Shown here: positions 57,095-62,035 of the stretch, one piece after another
Layout of the letters: every line of letters begins with the position of its first letter
Position numbering within the stretch: position 1 is the stretch's first letter
Source of the DNA: a virus
Lineage: Duplodnaviria; Caudoviricetes
DNA length: 62,035 bases
Reading direction: 5' to 3' (one strand)
Virus record (IMG/VR): IMGVR_UViG_3300032462_000004
Coordinates: 1-62,035 of that record
Translations under genes and position numbers: made by a program
Notes under the pieces: generated by a model
The model's database searches: none
Told to the model about the DNA's origin: nothing
The model's input: only the letters and a program-made list of their open reading frames with translations

Positions 57095-57870
57095 TATTTT
57101 TTCTTACGACCGTTATTGATTCTTGAGGCTGTCTTTTTTCCGTTAGCTGCTAATGTTGCAGATAATTCGCCACTTGCTTGTTGCGGCTTAGTATCCCCGA
57201 TTATGGTCTTTACAGGAGCGGTCCTGTAATACTCTTTTTTCTGTTCTGTGGTGCCGGATCTTTTCTGCATTCCACCCAATGCAGTTGGAGCAATAGCTAT
57301 GCCCCCGGCGCCAGTTGCACCTGCGCTTGAATTTTCTCTAATTCCTGCTAATTCCCGCAATCTGGAAATGTGTTTAGCCTCTTCTGTTGGCTGGGCAGTT
57401 CCCATAGCTGCATCTTGGAATGGTTCCAAAGCGTCCATGTTAATCCATTCATCCTGATTCGTTGTTGGATTCCTAACTTTGACTCCATTGGCCGACTGGT
57501 CCACCTGTGATACTTGTCCCGGGACTGCGATTCCGTCTTGTCCCTTCATACCGACTGTCATTCCCATCTGTACTGGTGCGCCTTTTCCTGGCCATAGGGA
57601 TTTTATGCCGGACAAATCCGAGGTCGAGGAAGTTCCTGTTGTTGATGTAGGCCCTATTGTTTGACCCGACGGTGGAACAATTGGTGCTTCGGATAATGCT
57701 CGATATTCTAAGAATGACATCTTTGAAAGCTCTTCCCGTGCTTCCGATAGGCCTATATTTCTGTCTTTAACTAGCTTCTGGATGGTGTCTCCATAAATTA
57801 AGTCACCGATAATTTTATCATTTTGTATCATACCGATTGCATCCTTGAAAATACTGTATTTTTTGCCCAT
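57094..57870 (-). CDS. Hypothetical late protein (start uncertain)
   Basis: LSEA, PTEE, LRELAGIRENSSAGATGAG motifs. Confidence 0.65.
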   Translation of the reverse strand: MGKKYSIFKDAIGMIQNDKIIGDLIYGDTIQKLVKDRNIGLSEAREELSKMSFLEYRALSEAPIVPPSGQTIGPTSTTGTSSTSDLSGIKSLWPGKGAPVQMGMTVGMKGQDGIAVPGQVSQVDQSANGVKVRNPTTNQDEWINMDALEPFQDAAMGTAQPTEEAKHISRLRELAGIRENSSAGATGAGGIAIAPTALGGMQKRSGTTEQKKEYYRTAPVKTIIGDTKPQQASGELSATLAANGKKTASRINNGRKKK

Positions 57871-58328
57871 CCTGTCGGACTTCCCGAAACAGTTGTTACT
57901 CTAACTCCACTCGGAATAATTACCCCATTTAGGTCATCGACTAATAATCCTACCGGACCGGGTGTCCCATATGGTGTAAAATTAAAGAATTGAACACCCC
58001 TCTCTACTGCAAATTTCCATACAAACCCTTCTCCAGAAAGTTCTTGTGTCAGATCTGCTAATTCTATAACTGCATACGGATCAGATAATACTACTGGCAT
58101 TGCTCGTAAGCCTATACTCATTAATAATACTTCGAAGTTTTTCTGACTTTCGTCTAATGGATTCCCTGTTACTTGTATGTTCATTAATCTAATTATTTCT
58201 TGTGAGGCAGGTGGATTAGGATTAGGATCTGTGAAAGCTCCCGGCGACGATGCATAGCAAACATAGTATTGTAGGTCTGCTGTTAAATTCTGCATCGACG
58301 ACGCTGCGCCGTGAATTTGTTTAGTCAT
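57828..58328 (-). CDS. Putative virion protein (M-x3-V/I-N/H-G family)
   Basis: MTKQIHGAA...QNLT. Confidence 0.65.
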   Translation of the reverse strand: MTKQIHGAASSMQNLTADLQYYVCYASSPGAFTDPNPNPPASQEIIRLMNIQVTGNPLDESQKNFEVLLMSIGLRAMPVVLSDPYAVIELADLTQELSGEGFVWKFAVERGVQFFNFTPYGTPGPVGLLVDDLNGVIIPSGVRVTTVSGSPTGWAKNTVFSRMQSV

Positions 58329-58362
58329 TCTTAATCCTTATCCTCTATTTACCAGGGTTTTA

Positions 58363-58569
58363 TTAGTTCACTGAACCAATTTGAAGTTCCCAGTCATTGT
58401 TATCACTAACAATGAAAATACATTGTTCGGTTACATCAAGTTCTATGGAATCAGTTGAGCCGAGGTCAGTGTTAATTTCATCGGCAAGCATCCCGACATC
58501 TACATAGTGTGCAAGTGAGCCTGTTAGGACCTGTTCATCGAACACACCACCGGTTGTACGAATAGGCAT
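58363..58569 (-). CDS. Short member of the same virion family, possibly internally deleted
   Basis: MPIRTTGGVFDEQVLTG.L; GAGG SD and GATAAATA. Confidence 0.55.
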   Translation of the reverse strand: MPIRTTGGVFDEQVLTGSLAHYVDVGMLADEINTDLGSTDSIELDVTEQCIFIVSDNNDWELQIGSVN

Positions 58570-58624
58570 ATTATTGTTCCTCGAATATTTCTTATATTTA
58601 TCAAGAAACGAAGAACACTATGCC

Positions 58625-58649
58625 AAAAGAAAAGCGACCGAAGTCGCTT
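58625..58649 (-). terminator. Intrinsic terminator with UUCG loop
   Basis: AAGCGAC-TTCG-GTCGCTT then TTCTTTT. Confidence 0.85.
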
Positions 58650-58668
58650 GTCTCTTTTCCTGTAATTA

Positions 58669-59244
58669 TTACGCTAAATTGTAATATGTAGTTGTTCCCA
58701 ATGAGAACGAAACTTCTTCCACTGTGACACCGCCGAATACTACTACTGTAGAAACGGGAGGCTGAGTCGGGTCATCTGGTGCGCCTGCAGTAATATATAC
58801 TGTTGCATTCGGTAATGCCTGAATTGCTGCCTGCATCTCCGTTTCTGCGCCTGTTGGTGTATCTGGCAATTGCTTTTCATCTGCGTCTGCAGGAGGTGCA
58901 TCGTATGCAGGATCATCTGATCCCCACCCGAGTGCTGATGCCGAAAGTGCAATGTGCAATTCTGTTGTATCGCCATACGAAGCTGGCAATAAGCCGATAA
59001 TAATAATACCTGCTTTCTTGCTAACTTCGCGCAATACAATGTCTGCTGCGCTATTTGGCACAGGGCGATTATTCCCTACTACAAAATAACTAGTGACTGG
59101 AGTTGCTCCCCCGGTCGTGAAAACTGGCAAGTTAACCGACCCATCCGAAACTGCCCATTCAAATGGACCCGTAATTTTAAAAAACCTCATTCCGCCTGTC
59201 AGCGTTTGATTGCTGATAATTCCACCGTTTACTCGAAGTGCCAT
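58669..59244 (-). CDS. Putative virion protein (same family)
   Basis: MALRVNGGIISNQTLTG.M.FF. Confidence 0.7.
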   Translation of the reverse strand: MALRVNGGIISNQTLTGGMRFFKITGPFEWAVSDGSVNLPVFTTGGATPVTSYFVVGNNRPVPNSAADIVLREVSKKAGIIIIGLLPASYGDTTELHIALSASALGWGSDDPAYDAPPADADEKQLPDTPTGAETEMQAAIQALPNATVYITAGAPDDPTQPPVSTVVVFGGVTVEEVSFSLGTTTYYNLA

Positions 59245-59302
59245 GTCTGTAATCTCCTACAATATTGCATTTATTTATCAATAAACATAAATTTTAGTCA
59301 AC

Positions 59303-59326
59303 AAAAAAGCACCCGAAGGTGCTTTT
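59303..59326 (-). terminator. Intrinsic terminator with UUCG loop
   Basis: AGCACC-TTCG-GGTGCT followed by a T-run. Confidence 0.85.
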
Positions 59327-59353
59327 CTGAAGTTCCAACTAACTCTGTTCGAA

Positions 59354-59941
59354 TTAGTAAGGAAGACCGACTGGGTAGTAGCCTGGTGTACCAGTTGGGC
59401 TGTTTGTAGGTGTAGCACCTGAAGTAGCTCCTGGGCCAAAGTCCAAGTCACCTGCTGCAAATGTAGCTACTGGCATTGTACCGTTAAATGCTGCAAATTC
59501 CATGTTAAATGTAACTGCACCAGCTGCAACGCTAACTAGAGCGCCAACTGTATCCGTAGGTGCTGCACCAGCTGTTGTTACAACTGCTTGAGCATTAACT
59601 ACTGGAAGTGCTGCTGCGATAAGACCGGCTGTATCAGAGAACCAACCTTCTGCATGGCCTAGCATAACGTCAACACTGAATGCTGATGCATCGTAACGGC
59701 TGATTGCTAATACTGTGGACTTTGTTTGCAATGTCTTAAGTGCTTGAACCATTGCGCTTTCTACAACTGCGAAAGTTGCATCAGCTACAGTGCCATCACC
59801 AGCTGCCGTTGCTGTACCCAAAACACGAAGATCGGCTGTTAAAAGAGCTGAGATGTCTGTATTGAAGGTTAACTTAACAAATGTTACTTGCTTCTCTACC
59901 CAAATGCCTGCATATGCGGCACCATTTACTTTTGTCGTCAT
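59354..59941 (-). CDS. Putative abundant virion protein (same family)
   Basis: MTTKVNGAAY; AAGGAG SD, own late promoter and terminator. Confidence 0.7.
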   Translation of the reverse strand: MTTKVNGAAYAGIWVEKQVTFVKLTFNTDISALLTADLRVLGTATAAGDGTVADATFAVVESAMVQALKTLQTKSTVLAISRYDASAFSVDVMLGHAEGWFSDTAGLIAAALPVVNAQAVVTTAGAAPTDTVGALVSVAAGAVTFNMEFAAFNGTMPVATFAAGDLDFGPGATSGATPTNSPTGTPGYYPVGLPY

Positions 59942-59987
59942 TTTGAAAACTCCTTAAATTTGTGATAGGTTAATCCTATTCATAAAC

Positions 59988-60866
59988 TTATTTATCATTT
60001 TCGGAAATATACTTGGCTATTTCGGGTGGATATATGAACATTTTAGCATCATCTCGCATAGATAAGTCATATACAATCTGCTTCCATACCTTTTCTTGAG
60101 TATTCTTATCATAATTACGCTTAACAGCATTCATTAGTGTTTCGACACTGTCTAAATCAAACAATGTGTTACTTTCAGGAAATAATGTACCAATAACTGC
60201 GTGGAAATCAAATACAGGCGTAGTTAATTGCGTATCTTTCTGTTTTTTATGAACTTTTCCCGAAGATTCGTTAAAAGTCGATACTCTTTCGACCTGAACA
60301 AACCCTTTTGGGCCAAATTTCCACCTAATCTGGGATACAGGGCGCCCAAAAGTATCCAATTTATCTGAAACTTCGGTTGCCAATGCGGTACAAATTGCAG
60401 ATATTAATATATTTCTGTGAAATCCTTTATACTCTGACTCGGCGCCGGCACTAAAATGGAATATCTTTTCCCATTTTACATCGCCAAATATAAAATCAAC
60501 TTGAACAAACCCTGTTCGTGGTTTTCTCTCTTGTAGTTCTTCCTTGTAATTTACAATGGGATACTTAAGATGAATCATTGTTCCTGTTCGGCGAGTGTCA
60601 TTTTCGTTATATATTAAATCCAAGTGCTTCTTGAATGCTACAGGACCATGGCCCCACTCGTAGTCACCTAGAACTAAATCTAAGTCACCCGAATATTCTT
60701 TCTTACCAGTAGAACCTATAGCGAAATCATTCAAATCGATATGAAATCCTAGATCATCTGATAATTTATCTAACGTTGGCTTTACTTCCGATTTGTGAAT
60801 GGTTCCGCAATCCGGTATAGCACCACCACCTTCATTTTCGGGTATTGTTCTGTATTTTAGTTCCAT
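59988..60866 (-). CDS. Pol-beta-superfamily nucleotidyltransferase-like protein
   Basis: IGSTGKKEYSGDLDLV (hGS..DxD) and VQVDF third Asp. Confidence 0.7.
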   Translation of the reverse strand: MELKYRTIPENEGGGAIPDCGTIHKSEVKPTLDKLSDDLGFHIDLNDFAIGSTGKKEYSGDLDLVLGDYEWGHGPVAFKKHLDLIYNENDTRRTGTMIHLKYPIVNYKEELQERKPRTGFVQVDFIFGDVKWEKIFHFSAGAESEYKGFHRNILISAICTALATEVSDKLDTFGRPVSQIRWKFGPKGFVQVERVSTFNESSGKVHKKQKDTQLTTPVFDFHAVIGTLFPESNTLFDLDSVETLMNAVKRNYDKNTQEKVWKQIVYDLSMRDDAKMFIYPPEIAKYISENDK

Positions 60867-60867
60867 T

Positions 60868-62035
60868 TTAGCTTTCTATTAAATATTTTCCTGCAACAGT
60901 CTCTAGCAAATCGGACGGAACAGTCGATTTCTCAATTTTGTATTTTGTGTCATTTATCCTAATAAATGTCTCTGCAAATGTCTCCAGAGTACGCCTTCTT
61001 ATTTCGCCTGTATCGGTGTGATCTTTATATGATGCTAATAATCCAGATAACTCATAAGATGCTTCGTCTGCCAAATGAAATAGATATGATTTTATGGATT
61101 CAAATTCCATATATTCATTTATACTGCTAATAATATCTTTTATCGGTATATTTAATCTTTTCAAATATGGTCTAGCTTGTATAGTACCTAATTCTGGGTG
61201 GCCTAATGCAAATGCTAATCCTACGTCCAGTTTACCCATGATACTTGCAGGATTCTGGGCACTCATCGATCTTTCATTTATACTGTTACGTGTTTTCCAT
61301 GCACGCTGTCTCATTACCCCAAAGACATTTTTATCTACTAGTTTCAGCATATTTCCGGTGGTTTTATGCCTGAAGACAACACCTTCTATCCACCCACCTT
61401 CTTCGCATATTGGTCCAAATGCACTTGGACGATTATGGACAATGTATTGCAATAATATTTCTTTTATTACCAGTTTCATGTCCATAACTTGCTGCCGTAG
61501 TATTTCACGCTCGTTTGTTATGTCTAACTTTTCTGTTGACCAATCTGAATGACTGATAAACTCGGGACACTTATTCATCTTCAACGAATATATGTCCAAC
61601 CGTGATACACCATCATACATTGTCCCTGCATGTAGAAAATATTCTAACTTATCTAACAAATGCCTAACCTTTGTATAGATTTCGTTTGACAATGTTATTA
61701 CCGGGGATCTTTTAAACTTCCAATCATGCATTTCTGTACGTATAGACATTGTAATACCGTCGTCAGTATACGGAACATCTAACACTGTGGATATGTACTT
61801 GTCTGCTAAAGAATTTTGCAACTTGTTTATGTCTACTAATCCAGCTGTTGACCTTAAAAAGATCAAGTAATTCGTGTCGGGTGAATAAGGTACCACGTTT
61901 GGTAATTCTCCAAATAAAACTTCACATTCTATTTGGTCACCTACACTTAGTCCAATCTCTTTTAACGTCGGAAGAATAGATTCTAATAACAGATGTACTG
62001 ATCTTCTGTAAGTTGTAGAAAATTGGATGTCGTAT
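60868..62035 (-). CDS. Hypothetical protein, C-terminal part (probably starts beyond window)
   Basis: Long open frame; WIEGVVFR...MLKLVDK resembles ligase-type motifs IV/V. Confidence 0.55.
   Translation of the reverse strand, partial: YDIQFSTTYRRSVHLLLESILPTLKEIGLSVGDQIECEVLFGELPNVVPYSPDTNYLIFLRSTAGLVDINKLQNSLADKYISTVLDVPYTDDGITMSIRTEMHDWKFKRSPVITLSNEIYTKVRHLLDKLEYFLHAGTMYDGVSRLDIYSLKMNKCPEFISHSDWSTEKLDITNEREILRQQVMDMKLVIKEILLQYIVHNRPSAFGPICEEGGWIEGVVFRHKTTGNMLKLVDKNVFGVMRQRAWKTRNSINERSMSAQNPASIMGKLDVGLAFALGHPELGTIQARPYLKRLNIPIKDIISSINEYMEFESIKSYLFHLADEASYELSGLLASYKDHTDTGEIRRRTLETFAETFIRINDTKYKIEKSTVPSDLLETVAGKYLIES

Noticed and set aside
2388-61552. Numerous 60-220 aa ORFs antisense to or nested in recognisable genes
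   Set aside because: Shadow frames of real genes with no SD, promoter or motifs
1-62035. Stop-codon reassignment as seen in some huge phages
   Set aside because: Conserved genes are full length in code 11 and end in TAA, TAG and TGA
1-62035. Bacterial chromosome origin suggested by clp, infA, rpsU, folE, thyA
   Set aside because: Gene order is non-bacterial and interleaved with virion genes, an RFC-type clamp loader, homing endonucleases and T4-like late promoters

Overview
AT-rich, densely coding, mostly minus-strand segment of a large tailed-phage (jumbo/huge myovirus-like) genome in the standard genetic code, probably infecting a proteobacterium (inference). It carries a proteostasis set (ClpA, ClpS, ClpX, ClpP, a second ClpP-like protein, DnaJ, GroES, Hsp20) and translation factors (IF-1, bS21). 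It also has replication/nucleotide genes (clamp loader, ligase, short DnaE-like ORF, DEDDh exonuclease, dCMP deaminase, ThyA, class II RNR, MazG), FolE/QueD, a NadV + NadM-Nudix NAD salvage pair, PhoH with an Ala1 class-3-type intein, six intact or decayed free-standing endonuclease genes, and virion genes. Near-consensus sigma70 promoters and a recurrent GATAAATA late-promoter motif are visible. Best leads: (1) a promoter-driven 138-nt tRNA-Lys-like RNA with about 60 nt inserted in its D-loop (28873-29010, minus); (2) an HNH element that replaced the 3' end of clpA and left the old end stranded; (3) hairpins that bury start regions and contain the gene's own promoter; (4) matching double-hairpin leaders before both NAD genes and a ROSE-like thermometer before hsp20; (5) late proteins with capsid-targeting-like N-termini, including a kinase-like protein. 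All product calls come from motif recognition by eye; no searches were run.
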